A stretch of DNA of 64,000 nt from Phoronis australis (GCA_002633005.1 NMRA01000130.1:248001-312000); one strand, 5' to 3'. Shown: positions 39,991 through 55,159, counted from the first letter of the stretch. Notes: generated from the letters alone by a model not told the origin. Made by a program: numbers and translations.

Positions 39991-42900
39991 TTACCTCAGT
40001 ATTAGGGTATAACCATATTTCCCTTACATGGTCACCAGCTTGATGTCACTTAATTCTACCCAATAGCTAGAGGCCTACTTTGGGAATTTGTAAATAAATC
40101 GCAATTTCTAGTAAAACTAAGCGAATAAGATTCAAGAAATCTATCCTACAAAACGGTAATCGCAAAAATGCATTTGGCCCTAAAACTTATTTTGTCCCTT
40201 CAATCGCTTTCAGAAAAAATGATACGCGCCACCTTAGCTCTTGGATTAGGTAGCCACCTTTGCAAACACTTTGTAACGAAAGACTGATGACAAGTCTGTT
40301 GCATTTATAGGTCACAATTTCCGTAAGTATGTTCGGGTGTACACCTGGGTTATAAAAAGCTAAACAAATGCCTCTCTTTAAATACATACGCCACAGGGTT
40401 CACTATTAGGATTTTTTCTATGTCAATCCAATATACAGATTGATTATAATAGAAAGATAAATCATAACACCCCCATGCCTGAAATTTTGTAATTCATACT
40501 ATAATAAACTGGCAGGTGATTGAATTAGATATTCAACAGCAATCATAACTCATCCACCTACTAGTCAATCACTAGCAAGAGAGTACTAGACACTCGTTAC
40601 AGGATGGTGAAAAGTTTTCTAATCAAGATCGTTAGGATGAGAACCGAAACATGGTAACATCAAATCCGGAGGAGAGCTACGGTACCTCAGAAGGTTGACT
40701 TTTTCACGACCAATTTTATCACGAAAGGGACCCTTTTCTGACAAAATTCCCAACAAAAAGGTTCACTTTGGGAGTTCGGAGCTCTTCAAAAAGTTCCCAT
40801 TTCCAACTGTACAAAACTACAAAAAGGTTTTTAAAAGCATCTCTATCAATTTCTTAAAACTTGTAATAAAAGATGTTCTCATTTTTGTCAGCATGGCATC
40901 TGTTCTTGTAGATGTTTTGACATATACCCAAGAATCCCTGCAAAAGAGTTGGTTTCGGGAAATAGCCCCTACAAAACCTTTTATTTCTGGAACAAAACCC
41001 TATGAAGGCAGACTTTTCGTGGAAGCCCCCCTTTTGTGTCCAATCTGTAAATTGATGAGTAGCCTCATTTTCCAGCACCCCTCCCCCCGTCAGAGATATG
41101 ACGGGGTCCCCCACTGAGAGTACCCAATCCATTTTTACCCTCTAGTTAATGAATTTTACAACTCAAATTGCCTGAATCCCTGTGTGACAGAATATAAAAT
41201 TAAGGTAAATTTGAATACCGCATTTCAAGACCAAACCTAGGATTAAAGGAAAGTTCAATCGGTTTAAATTTCAATGGTAATTTCATCCCAGGGTGTTCCT
41301 ATGGAAATAATGTTATGCCGTCTCAGGAATCACTTTCGGGTGGGTATTTTGGCTTTGTGGTGGGGTTTAGCAGGCAAAAGTGCTGTTAATGGGGAAGGGT
41401 ATTGCTTCAGGAAATTTTTTCATCATTTGGTTTATTGTCTCTGGTAACCATTTCCCCAAATATCAGGTTATTGTGTTGGTATGGATTTTGAATGTTAGAC
41501 TGCAGCACACCTAAACATTGTGCAGAACAGAATGCCTACGTGATTCATCTCCAAAGTGAAAAAGCCTGGTACCAACTAACGATAAGAAAAAAAATGATGA
41601 CAAACGTTCTACTTGCATACCCACAGACAAAAACGAAATTTCTTTTATTTTGCAATGTATTCAGCCAAACCAGGAACAATGAAGTAATTTCCTTCCAAAA
41701 CAAACCAGCCGTTGCTGTAATAGAAAACATCCAAAATGTCCTGAAGCCTTTTACACAGATAAGACAATAAAGATTTCATACAGGCGAGTGTCTGCTGGCT
41801 GGATAGTTACAAGACCTGAAGTAATTTGTTGGCAACAACTGCCAGAATCCACCATGGTAAAGTTAACATCTGACACTTGAGAAAACAATATCCCGAGATA
41901 GAGTTGGACTAGAATGCCTGTCTGCAGTCTCTGTGAGTTTTTTTTTCTAGTGCGACCATGTTCTTGGCGATTTAAAATCTTATGGCCGAGCTTAGGTTAC
42001 GTAGGACCTGACTGACTAGTTTGATTGACAACACTAAAGTAGATTGACTCAGTAAAACCATATATTTTCTGCCACTAGAAAGCCTGTAGAAAATGATTTT
42101 CGACTTTTTACCAATCTGCCATAAATTGGGTCACATGACCTTATCTTAGTAAAATTGAACAGCAAGAAAGGTACATTGATGGCAAAACAACATTATCGAT
42201 AGCAAAATCAAGTTTTATTTGGTATAAGACAAGACGAATTGACACATACGAAACGCAGTTCGAGTAATTGTCCACTTTTTAGGAATCATTTGGTTATCCT
42301 GCCACACAACAATGGCACTTTTGACGGAATGACGGTGGCAAAAAATATAAAAAACATGGGAGATCTCGTTGAATTAAACCTCCATATAAGAACACAGAAT
42401 GGTGCAAAACAACTATTCTATCACCACCTAGCCACAAGGCAAGCTTCGTTGCGTCGACACCGTATTGGAAACGGTTTCAAAAAAAGTGTCAGGAATCTAA
42501 TAAGAAACGTTAATAGTAAATCCAGTGGTTACTACCGCCTATCCCAACGCTGTCCACACTCTGTGATCGTTGCATTCGCAGATCACCTCAGAGCACGTGT
42601 TGTAAAAACGTCATGTGATCCATTCAAAGGTATTGTGTCAAAAAATATCACGCAGTGAGTGATTGGCCACGTGTCTCCTGATCTCCCGAAAATCAGATCT
42701 ACTTGGAAATAAAAGTTCTATGACTTTTTACCTTAAAAGGTCACTTTAAAACACCTGTGTATTCACCTGTATACAACAATCATTTATAAAGTTGTCCAAA
42801 AGCGATCAGACAATGATCATGACATTCATCCACCCAGGTGAAGACAGGTGATGGTCTCATCAACACAGAACTATTAGAAAATTATCAGAAAAAAAACGAA

Positions 42901-43341
42901 ATTTATATCATTTTTCGCTAGACTCACTTAGCAACCCAAATCTATAATTCAAAATGCCAACCCATTTATATTTCTTTATGATTTTTAAATGACTTTTCAG
43001 AGATTAATTTTAAAAAAAAATCGTTTATAAAACATTTCAAATTAACCACCATGACAATAAATGTCTAGAAAACGATTTATGTTCCAAGAATAAAAACAAG
43101 GCATTTTATTGTAACTGGGATCTAATGGCTAGGTCAACAACTTGATAAGAGGTTATGATTGCCACGGTTTTTTCTGTTATATCAAAAGGTGCACAGTTCA
43201 AGTGGACAACGATTACACAGTGTAAGGAGAGCTTATTCAACCACCACTAATAGCCACAACACCAGTGTCAAACATTCCTTGACTGGCATGTGCGTCTAAC
43301 ACCATTTACACCGATTTCATTGAGCATTTCCATAGTACAAC

Positions 43342-43438
43342 AGGTAATAGTCGGACATAACGTGCCGCATTTTGAGAACCAGTTTTGTCTACTGAACAGT
43401 GGGCATCAAACTGGTTCTCTAACATCCGACTATTGCCA
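43342..43438. mobile_element. Short palindromic MITE-like repeat; second copy at about 56171..56278
   Basis: ggtaatagtcgga...gagaaccagttt / aaactggttctc...tccgactattgcc; the 56-kb copy shares ataacgtgcc...ttttgagaac. Confidence 0.65.
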
Positions 43439-46400
43439 TACAGCACGCTGAAGCAGAAAACATAAAGCTGGTATTAGCCACCACATGGTAAGCTCATGTT
43501 AAAATTCACGCCACCCACATAGCGACGATAACCTCACGTCACATTTGCCAAAATCAAACTGAAAATAATCGAGATTTGCGACGGCAGCTCTGACAAAGAG
43601 GAAATCCTGGAAAATTCGGTACAAGTTTTAATTCATCACATGAAAAAGAACTCTAAAAGAGCTTCCAAACAAAAACAAAATAATTAAAAATGGCTCACTG
43701 CTTCCAAGTGTAGAAACTAGCAATAAAATCTGACCATAACATAATATAAATGCTTTAAGATTTTTACCATATCCTACAGGTAAATCACTTTGTTTCAATG
43801 AGTGAATATTATTTCTCATTCTATTGAACTTGGTAGTATCCCCTCAGATCAATGTATCACCACGGTTACAGAAAGCAATCTGCCTTGCAGCCTTCCACAT
43901 GTCTTATCATTACAAATTATCACAGTGACCTAGATAAAAACCCGAGTCAATGAACTCATATTAAAGTGCTCCAAGAAAAACAACAAAGACAGAAATGAGA
44001 AAAAAAAACAAAATCCAAATCAAACAAGTAACTGGATTCGATGTCCTATCATTGATATTGAGAGACCAGAAAAAAACATTAAATGTGCACTCGTTTAAAA
44101 ACAATCAAACACTTCTGATCAATTCCAAAATTGGAAAATCCACTACCCCGTAATATTTATAATTAATCTACACTCGATGAGGGAACTTTTCTATTGTTAT
44201 GGATTACAAATACTGGAATGGGCGACCCACTAAATGTTGCTAGCGTAACAAGGCTTCTTGACCCCAAGAAATAAGCATTCAGGTAATCACATGCCACAAC
44301 GCTGATCAACTCCTTTCTTCATAAACACCAAGTCACCCAAGTTCATGACCCACAGGTTACGACCCCCAAGCACCCAGGGGCCATAACTTCCAGAGCTCAA
44401 CAGGAACCCACACCATCTACTGGAATTAGTATTGGACAGCTCATTTATTTTGAAAAGCAAATCACCAGCTAGAAGTAAGTCCTGCATACCACTGTCATCA
44501 CCCATTAGTAGTCAGAGTCAAGAAGTGAAATGAAGGGTAAAAATCCACGCCACACGTGGGTCTCTCGTCAATGCACATCAAATACGAATACAAAAAGAGT
44601 GTGAAGCAGAAAGAGGCGGTAAATCTCCCCTTATTTTAAACAAAAATTATTGTCAAAATTAATTTTTTTCTACTTTTTAAAGGCCTACTACCTTGTCACA
44701 AACAATAGAAAATTCACCAAAAGCTGTTTTATGACATCTACCCAGTACAAACTATGCCAGTAATAGAACTAATTTTCTTTAAAATTTATTTTTGTGGAGG
44801 AATTTGACAAAAGAGAATTTCACTCGTCGGCCATATTGTGTGCTAAACAAGAGAATTGTCATACCAAAGTTTTACATCAACCACAAAACTCTACACTAAG
44901 AAGAAAGTGAAGCATAATGTGTTTATGTAGTCACTATGTTTCACTGAAATAACAAAAATGAAATTTTGAATTCTGGGGAAAACAACATGCTCTCTCTGAA
45001 AATCTCGAATGAAGATCCTCAAGCCAATGGCGAGATTCGTCCAGGCAATGAAAAGTACACACTGACCAACTAAATAATCAATAGCCTAGAATTGGTCACA
45101 TCGGCCAAAATGGTCCATTTTAACTTACAGTACAGATGAGACTCCTCTAAAACGGTTATCTGTGGTCAATCGGTAAACATGTCAAATGTCCATAGGGCAG
45201 ATAGTTTTTCGGACAACTGCTTGGCAAAGGCTCTCCAAAGTCATTGACCCGATTTCTTATGCTTTTTCCCAATGGACCAGTGCAGTGGCACTCCACAAAG
45301 GAGTGCAGATGAAGCCCTTGGGGCGGTAAAACACATGTATTATTTGCCAGCCGCGTTTCATATTGAACACTTGCACAGCGTTGGTAGTGCAGCATTGTAC
45401 GACAGTGTTAATAAGTAAACCACAGATGAAAAGAGGAAAGGAGATTGCCTCGAGGTTGCGTGAGCCGATATCCGATAATTGATTGCGAGCAGGAACATGA
45501 TACCAGTACCACCGCTGGACACAATAAAGGTAGCAAAACAGTACATTAACGGGCTAGTGATCACGTGATCACAGCAGGATGCAAAGTAAAACGAAGAACT
45601 CAACTGTGAAATGTTATTCAAATAAACTGATTTAAATTCTTCATTACAGAGTGAGCCACTTTGCTTCTTTCAAATCCATTTCTAGGAAGGAAGCCACCAT
45701 TTTGCATGGCAACACTACTATAATTTACATACCATAACCGGACAGGAGACTTTGGGAGCATTTTATGAAATCTGTCTAGCAACAGAGACCTCTCTTGTTG
45801 GAACAGGTCAACACTGTAGCAACATGCTGGATAGGCTAACCAACTGTACAGTTCTCCAACCTTTGAAAGTTCAATAACAAACTGAGATTTTCCGATAAAT
45901 TACTGATTGCTCAGAACACTTAAATTTTTTTGCAAATTTGAGCACCCTGCTCGGCAAATAAAGTCTCACCAGATCCGACTAATCACCCATTTTTGTGCTT
46001 TTTGGTGAATGACATGTGTCATGTATATAACAGTACAACCTGTTACCTAAATTTAAGCATTATCGACAGTTGCATGTAATGAGTTGCAAAATTTAAACAA
46101 CCAACTTCTAGAATTTGCGACAAAAATAATTGCTAAATGCAATATTCCTATTTGTCATGTAGGCTTAGCATAATGTTGCAAATATGCATAATTTACCAAC
46201 TGTTGTTTGCTTATAACTACGCCATACTAACCATAGTAAAAGCACAATAATTTTTCCAGAAAAGTTACTTTTGTTGAGAAACTTAACATATATGTTCCTC
46301 TAGATTGCTGAACTTTAAGATATAAAATCATTTATAGCAAGCAATAGAACATACTTTTATTTGTGTACGCATTATCGGGATCAACAATGTTTTGCAAATA

Positions 46401-47418
46401 CATAGGATATCTATCAAACTAAATTGATCTTGACAAGCTAGTTGTCAAGGTAAAACTAATTTCTGGGCTTGTGTTTAGTGCTGAGAATACATAATTTCTG
46501 ATAACTAAATCTGGCAAGCCTGTGTTGGAAAGCAGTTTGTTATGTTCCCAACCACACTGGTCACAGAAGAGCATGATTCAGTGTTGCAGCCAGAAGAATT
46601 AGTAAACAAATGATTTAAAGTGCCCATAAAATCACTGATGACTTATCTATAAACTTGGTCCCTGTGTGTTCCTTAAGCATATGAGAAGTGGTTTCTAGGT
46701 TTGTAAAGAACTGACAGTTCGGTATTCGGTATTCGGTATTCGTTGAGATCATCACACAAAGACAAGCCAACTTGCAGAGCCTCATCTCAAACAAAACCAA
46801 ACAATCAATTTTTTTTCAAATCCCTGAAAACAACTCCAATTTGACTAAGGAAGAATTATAGATCCAATTTCCCACCAAGTTAACAGGTATTAGTAAAGCA
46901 TTGAAGTAAACCACTAAATTAATTTGAGCTTTCCCATCAGATTCGGTAGTTAAAAAGTGAGGCCAGCATCACTGAAGTTATTGTAAGCTGGCGTAACATG
47001 ACCTTCACCATTGTCACCGCCGTAAACTTTGACGAGTTGAGCGTTCCTACTGCAGCAATGCATCGACCCTTCACTGTTAATCCAGCTGTTTACTGTGACG
47101 TAAACTAGATGTTAACTTTGATCCAAGACAACTTTAAGCGTTCTAACTAACGCTACCCTAAACACCAATGTATCGGCGTTAGTGGGGAACGCCTTAAAAC
47201 GTCTGCTAGTCGCAGCTGGCATGAAACATTCACAGACTATTATAATATCAATTACCGTTTGATTGTAAAATTTATTATAAGTTAAGGGGATGTCATAGCA
47301 TATGTGTACAATAATCATGATTTCAAATTACAACTGTCAGAAAAGTGTTCAACAAACCCCAGTTACCGAATGTGTGTTCATAGACGCTCCACTTAAAAGT
47401 GGTTAAGTTGCACTAGTG

Positions 47419-47583
47419 CAGGGGCGGATCCAGGATTTTGAGTTAGGGAGGCCAGAGCAGAGTATTAGCCAGATTTTGCCAGTCAGACATTCACACCCCC
47501 GAACTTCCAAATGAAATACGGGAAAATTTTAGGGGGACCATGGACCCTTGCCCCCCACCCCCGCCCCCTTAAATCCACCACCG
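47419..47583. mobile_element. MITE with CAGGGGCGGATCC-type termini and TAGTG target duplication
   Basis: tagtg[caggggcggatccaggatttt ... ttaaatccaccaccg]tagtg. Confidence 0.7.
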
Positions 47584-49354
47584 TAGTGCAAGTTGTTCTA
47601 GGGTAGACTGTGTGTGGACGGGACCTATATCATACAAGACTGGAATCATCAGACGACATCCGGAACCACAAGTCAATTTAGATTAAACATGAATTGGTAA
47701 GCAATAATCAAGGCTTCAACTACATGGTAGGCAAAGAACTTTGTGAAGTACCATAATTCTTTACTTATTTCAAACAAAAATTAATTGAACAAATACTCAT
47801 TTTTCAGTTTTCCAAAGTCTCACTACTCCGCTACAAATGATGATGGACACCAAACCATACACAATACGATTTTTTAACATTTTTGAGTAGAAAATTGACA
47901 AAATAGAATTTCACCCGTCGGCCATGCTGTATGGTAAATAAGAGAAGACTTACTATATGCCATAATAAAAACATACAATAAAGGTTTTTAAAATATCGAT
48001 TTGTTAAGAAGACAAGTTTAATCCAGGAAATTGAAATTAAACTGTGAGGCACGGAATTTCCGCAAATCTGAAACCCCATCAATTTTGCACACAAGATGAG
48101 CCCCTGACTAGGCTCAGCTCAATAATTGTGGAACATTTCTCGTTCATTTCTCATTGTTTTTAGATTACACCAGTCTGTCTCTTTGCTGTAGAGTTATAAT
48201 TACTTTCTACGTGACATAAGAAACCCTTTTGCCTAATAAATTTACGCACAAGCCAATAGTCAGACGCTTATTACAATTACCAAACAATGAGACGCAAGAT
48301 GGTGCTGTGGCTGCCATTTTGCAAAGGCTTCACGGAGTATCTCATCAGCTTTTGACACCCCTTGTCATATCATTACTCATAAGTTTTGTGTGACTGTCCT
48401 CTAGCCTTGTGAAAGGAACAGTTTCTTCAAATTCGAACAGAAATAATGGCCAAAATAGTCATTTTTACATTTTGAAAAGCTCACAGCATTGTTCAAATAC
48501 TCAAAATTTAATCATGTTTGTTGTGAAGGTTGTACATCGTAAACTGGGGAACTAACAAAGTAAAGATGTCTACCCGCTTACATAAGTTGAAAAGTTTGAA
48601 AAAATTAAACTCCACTGGTCTGTTACATTGTGTTCTAAACAAAAGAAACTAATTACCCTCTTTCTCATAACTTTGTATCTATTTTGTAAGGTCATAATTT
48701 GCACACATCACAGTTACCAGTTGAGACTGCAGAAATCAAATTTGACTTCACGTCCGCTGAGCTCTAACACATTTGCTTTCTAGATCATTTTCATGTTAAT
48801 ATTATGAACAACTCATGACAAACGAGACTTTTTATGGAGTAAAATAATTCACTCACTCAAAGACTATATTATTGCTGTTCTGGACTCTACAGTTTCTTGT
48901 CAATGAATGATGGGTCGCCAGTGTTTCCCACCATTCTGTGACCGGGAAATAGTGTAGTGTATACTACAGGAAATCAAAATCCCTGGTCATGAGCTTCGTA
49001 TGTTGGTGAAACTAAGCAAACCCTGGGATCCTGAACATAACAAACTGGACAAACCCATTTGAGTTGGGGAACATCTAGGTGCCTCTGAACATACTGTAAA
49101 ATCTCCAGTTTTGGACAAAAAAGTTGTTCTTTGTTTCATTTTCAAGGGCTCCTAACATTGTTGCGAATGTGCACAATTTTTCAAAATATTGTCTATATGT
49201 AGCTAATGTGCAGAGCTTGAACACGGAAGTCTTAATTTGGCTCTACACGTCTTTTATGGACAAAACTGAGAAGAATAAAATTTCACTCTTCCGCCATATA
49301 GCGGACCAAACTGGTAAGATTTTACTGTGACCCAGTGATCACGCCCAGATCCCG

Positions 49355-49600
49355 CCTGAAAAAGAAAACTGGTTCTCCAGAAAGGTAAAAGAGGCCATCT
49401 TTATCAAAACCAATAAGCCTACCATGAATCGTGACCATGGACTTCAACTTCCTCTAATATACCACATTATATTACTTACGCATCATAGCCGGGAATGGCG
49501 GGAAATATCGACAACCCCATCATTCATTGACAAATGACTGTAGTCGAGTCCAAAACATTCACAACAGCAAAAATGCGGTCTCTGAGTAAGTGAATTACAT
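49355..49600 (+). mobile_element. Penelope-like retroelement fragment (C-terminal end of the GIY-YIG endonuclease region and 3' flank)
   Basis: Translation from 49358, EKENWFSRKVKEAIFIKTNKPTMNRDHGLQLPLIY, fits the W..R..KEAI.I....P..NRD.G..LP..Y motif of PLE ORF ends. Not in the ORF track. Confidence 0.8.
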
Positions 49601-50706
49601 TATCCTACCTCCACCAGAGACTAATGAAACCTTTTTCCATCAATATGATTGCACAAAAAGAAACGTGGTTCATGAGAAAAGAACTACGCACAAAAGAACA
49701 CCATTGCAGTGCATAAGAAAAGAAATACAACTTGTAAGAAAAGAACTATGATCGTTATAAAAGAGATTCCATTGTCAATGCCAGTGAGTGTAAATTGATA
49801 TTAAGATTAGCATGAAGAACTATGCTTCCAACCTGGTTGACATGAAACTGTTTCCAAGGTTGAGACTCCGAATAATGAGGTCAAATAGGTTGGCTCAAGT
49901 CAGTGACACCATGGGGGCAAAACAGGATGCATAACAACTCACATTGTTACCACTAATTGCGGTTAGAACAACAACAAGCTATCAGTAAACATCTTAATCT
50001 GAACAATGTCTTTCCAGAGACGAATATGAAGGAGATACAGTTGCAATCAGGAAAGGATGCAGCAGACTGTCTGTAGAAACGCTGATATTCTGCAACAGAA
50101 TTCTCTGAATCTGATTTCTTTTCCTGAATTAAAGGTTTCGAGCGGAATTCTGATATTACTACAATAATTCTAATATTTCGATTTTTAATTATCACAAATT
50201 GAGAATAAAATCAATCAAATTCCACAACTGTGGCCGAAAATCAATTGATGACTATTTTGTTGTGGACATGATCATTCTCTCTAAAGGTGGCACTGTTCTG
50301 TTCTAATTTTGCATGCACCAAGTTATCCGTACGAACTACGGCATAATTCACTAATACCTAGGTCACTTCTATCACTTGAATTTGTAAAACGAAATTTTCT
50401 AATTAACAAAACGTAAAAAACAACGTAACTTTATGAAGATTACGTATTTGTTACCTCATTGGTACAAATTTAAGGTTGCTTTGTTTGACTACACATGATA
50501 AATGATCTAACAAATGTTAGTCACCGAGTTTATATCTCGAATTATCTTAACAAGTTTTAGAAAGAAGTAGCACAAACTTTCCTTATGTTAGTGTTTATAT
50601 CAAGTCTCAATTCCACTACATCATAAGCTTGGACAGACAAAATATGAACTATGGGTTGTGCAGTTTCACATTCAGTTTCGCTATTCAGCAACTGCGTCAG
50701 GGGCGG

Positions 50707-50711
50707 CAGCA

Positions 50712-50786
<75 letters not shown>

Positions 50787-50873
50787 ATAGTAACAGCAAT
50801 AGTAGTAATAGTGGTAGTAGTAGCAACAACAGCAGCAGTAACAGAAACAGCAATAGTTGCAATAGAATTAGTG

Positions 50874-50925
<52 letters not shown>
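50707..50925. repeat. Compound (AGC)n/(AGT)n microsatellite
   Basis: Two pure CAG runs separated by AGT/AAT/AAC variants. Confidence 0.98.
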
Positions 50926-50928
<3 letters not shown>

Positions 50929-51027
50929 ATGTGGTGGTAAAAGACGTAACAGTAGTCTGATAGTTGTAGTAGTAACTCAATCCTGTGTTTATTATTTGTT
51001 TGCATATCATTTGAAAGAAAACCCACA

Positions 51028-51226
51028 ACTACCATCACCACTAAAACATTTACAAGCATTTCCCTGCTTCTCGTTTCAAAGTTTACAAATAAAACTCACT
51101 ACTACCACTACCAATAAAGAATTCACAAACACTTCCCTGCTTCTTGATTCAAAGTTTACAAATAAAATCCACTACTACCATTACCACTAAAACATTTACA
51201 AACACTTCCCTGCTTCATATTTCAAA
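51028..51226. repeat. Tandem repeat with a unit of about 72 bp, about 2.7 copies
   Basis: actacca...ttccctgcttc...ttcaaagtttacaaataaaa recurs. Confidence 0.85.
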
Positions 51227-52075
51227 AAGTCTGCAAACAAAATTGGCAAAATCACGAACACTTCAGCGCCAACTGACTAGTGCTAAATTGGAACCTTGGT
51301 TATTAAATTTTAGTTAATCACCGCTAAAACAGTCTGTTCATATTTATCCCTATAGCTGCAACTCTAAACTAACCACAAATAACAGGACACAGATAAAGAC
51401 TCCTTCCTATTATGTATCCAGGTCATGATTTATTTATATGGTAAACATTGTGGATTTTCTGACAAGATCATGTTTCACCTTATGTATCAAAGAATGATGA
51501 GCAATGGTAGTGGATTACTGTGTGTTCACACTTGTGTAAAACAAACAAACATGACAAAATAAATTTGTTTTTCCAGGAAACTGCAAGAACTGACACCAGA
51601 GTACAAAACTAAGTGCAGCGGACTTCACTTTGTTCAACTTAATACACACACTGGGCTCTTATGAAAGTACATTAAAGTAAAAAAAAACATTTCCAACGCG
51701 GAAAACAAAAACTTTAATTCGGCCAAGTCATAAAATTGATCTCACTTCCTTCCCAACAAATGTTACAAGTGATTTCTGGGCTGCGCAAGCCTGAAACTAC
51801 TTTTTTACAATGACCCAACTTGACGTACGTTGTACGTTGTTGCGGACATGTTCAGGTTGTCAACTAGTCAAACTGCTAAAAGGTAAACACTTTTCTGTTT
51901 GGTACACAATTTGGCGGACAGGTGAAATTTCATGAAGTCAAAATTTTCAAGAACGATAACGTTTTAGGAAAATTTCTGTTATTTTTATCTAGATAAAATT
52001 TTGGGCATTTTCAAAAACGTGGTAAACCTCTGAAAAATGGAAATATGGCTATTCTAGGAATTACTTTTGTCCCAA

Positions 52076-52269
52076 ATTGAATTTTTTTAACGTAATAGCC
52101 CTTTCACAAACTGCCTAGAACATTGCAAGCCCTTTCGCAAATAGCAAAAAAAAACGGCAGTTACGTGAACAGATTGAATTTTTTTTAACGTAATAGCCCT
52201 TTCACAAACTGCCTAGAACATTGCAAGCCCTTTCACTAATAGCAAAAAAAACGGCATTTACGTGAACAG
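52076..52269. repeat. Near-identical tandem duplication, 2 x about 97 bp
   Basis: attgaatttttttaacgtaatagccc...ttacgtgaacag appears twice with few differences. Confidence 0.92.
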
Positions 52270-54169
52270 TTACAATGTGGCACTTCAGTTGGTGCTTTGC
52301 AGTCAGTTGGAGTTAACTCCACAAGTTTAACCATTTTTGCTAACACTTGTGTAGCCAGACCACTTATGTCAACGGAAACACATGAACATGGCTAAGAAGC
52401 ATTTGTTCATCGTCGTATTAATCAATTCACGGCAGAGAGTAAACTCATTTGACGGACAATTTTTGCTTCTAACTTCTGGTGAAAATGACTCCTTCACAGA
52501 CAGTACTTCTGCCTCACTAAAACGTTTTAGTAAGTAAAACTGATAGTGTTTTCGCCACTCATGTGAAGCAAGTGATAAGCGGTCTCATGATTTCCTTGTC
52601 AATGCATAGAGCCAGAGACTTCAAAGAGTGACCTAGGCTTGATGACACAACAGTTCATTTTGCACACCCCGGAACCGCAACTCCCAGCAAATTTTATTGG
52701 GGGAAAACAGTTCAGGAAGTATTCTTGTTGCTTCCAGGTGAAGTCACACACTTAATTGGCCAGAATGGCACCCCCGCCTACGGGATACACCTGTTCATTA
52801 CATACTACAAAGGAAATTTTGGTTGATAATAACTTATATTAAAAAAGATTATTTTAAGCAAATTCATATCAACCATGTGTATGAATTCAAAATATGAACA
52901 AACAAATAAATGGTTGATAACAATTCATTTCAAGGGCTGATATCAATTTCAATGCAAGGTTTTGTCATTAATCATGATAATTCATGATGATTTCTGATCA
53001 CTGAGCAATGATGAATGATCAGGAGATTTCCCATGAATGATACTCTGACTTACCATCACTCATCAGACCGATAAAAATTCATGCAAACCAAAATGCAGGG
53101 TATATCCACAAAGCTTGTGGGATGTGGCAAAAACAACAAACTCTGCATAGGATGTTACATAAAACGGTAATTTAATAAAGACTTTATTTATTCATGATGC
53201 TTCTAATTAGCCCATCTCTTATTGCTATTTCATAACATATGACAGCATTAAATCCATGGTAACACAATTCTGTGGGCGTTGTCGCAGAAAGCGCTCAAAA
53301 TATTAAAAAGTGACGTTAGCGTAATGTGAGTTGACCCAAGTGCTTAAAAAGACGCAAATCAATTATTCAGCATTATGAATGATTATCCGTTCCGTAGCAA
53401 TAAATAACAATTACCATGACTTCATTCCTGCTTGACTGCCAACTTTCTAATGCCAGACACACTTAACCCAGTGCCAATTAAATTTTGAAGAAATTGGAAA
53501 ATGTGTTTGCTCAAACAAATAGCTACAGCCAGGTAAACTAACTGAAACTTGAAAATTTTATGTGGTTCTGAATGCTTACGTACACCCCCAGACAGTTGAA
53601 ACTTGAGTACGAATCATGAACAATTTGCAATAGAACATCGTCAACAGAATATCTAGCTGCCATAACTTTGATCCCAACAGTTGAGAAAAATTGGCATCAA
53701 CAAATAGCTCTGAATTTTGAGAAAAAAATCCCCAACAGAAGACTTATGTAAAGTAGTCGTAAGACGTCGTCAACTGCTATTAGCGACCCCACTTGTACAG
53801 CTAAAAATAGACAAACCGGAGACAGGAACTTAAGTCGGTAAAAGGCGACATTGGCATTTAAGTAAGTCATGAGTGAAGTCGGCAAAAGGCAACATTGCCA
53901 GTAAAAGAGTTCAACTTCAGACCGTTCCTGCAAAAGTATACAGGAAGACAATTTTGGTGCAATTCTTCACCAGCGTAACTCGTAATACGGTTGGTGAGCA
54001 AGAGGAATCTTCGAACAAAAGGCAAAACTCAAGAAAATTTATTCAGAATTATTAGGCTTGATTGTAGTGTGCAGATATTTTAAAACCTTTGGAAAAGCTG
54101 TCATTAGTTACACGGAGGCACAGACAGATCAATAGCAACCTGAGCTGGTGGAGGAGAAGGAACAGAAAT

Positions 54170-54875
54170 GATAAAAAGCCACTAGGGGAGCAAACTAAGT
54201 CAAATCCATCTGAAACGGATGGTCTCAAATTTTATGATATCCGACTAGAAACTTGGTAAATATCAAGGCAGAAACCAAACAAATTTCCCCACGAGGAACC
54301 CACAGTAGTCGGAACCATTCAAAAATAATTGTCAGCTATATATCATTTGCCTTCACATCCAGCTCAGGTGTACTCTCCTCGGCAGAAACACATACCAAAT
54401 TTCATAAAGATCCATCAATGTGTCTCATAGATATCGAGCCATAGGCAAAAAATAAAATGGTCACTAGGACGATCACATCAGCTGGACCCATCCGAAAAAC
54501 ATCATCACCCATGCTCCACCCAGTAAGAACACAATATGCCAATTTTCACGATTCTTTGAGCGAAAACGGAGAGGGTACTCGTCGCCATTTGCCAAATGTC
54601 ATGAAAGTCCCTTGACAAACTCCGAACATAGAGGTAAAGGTAAAACAAGTAATAATTGCCATTAACAGCAGAGTGGGGGTCGGGAGACTCGGGACCAACC
54701 AAAAATTCGCCTGTGCCATCCCATCCAATGTAAGAATACGTCTCAAATTTCATGTCATCCATTAAAAGGGTTTTGGAGATACAGCCGCAGAGGCCGGACG
54801 CCACCGCCAGACGGACATTGTTATTGACAGGGATGACGGCATAAAGCACCCATATACGTGGACGCATAAAAATTA
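54170..54875 (+). mobile_element. Non-autonomous element with internal degenerate repeats (possibly Helentron/HINE-like); partial copy at about 63820..63960
   Basis: Recurring units gccactagg...gtcaaatccatc and caaatttcat(aaagatcc), followed by ggacg-type motifs. Family assignment is tentative. Confidence 0.5.
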
Positions 54876-55159
54876 CCATTTTAACAATCATTCTAGTGCA
54901 AAACTAACTGATGAATTAGGTACATGATTTTAACAACTACAATGTTTAAAAACAGGAATCAGATGTTTTCATAACAGTTAAGAGTCAAAAGTTTCCAGAA
55001 AATGTCACCTGTTCAATAACATACAATGGCTGACAATTATCAGTATGACACAATTAATTTATCTGGGTCAATATAATTTGATCTCAACTTAATCAAGTAA
55101 TTGTTCTCAACTTTGCAAAAAAGTTAATGCGAAACAGTTTCATCAGGATTTCGTGATGA

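Noticed and set aside
50557-51190. Poly-L, poly-S, poly-A and poly-C ORFs
   Set aside because: They are translations of the (AGC)n microsatellite in different frames, with no exon support.
52990-53070. Hammerhead ribozyme core (minus CTGATGA...GAAA); similar CTGATGA hits near 4358 and 7111
   Set aside because: I could not form stems I-III with correct core spacing.
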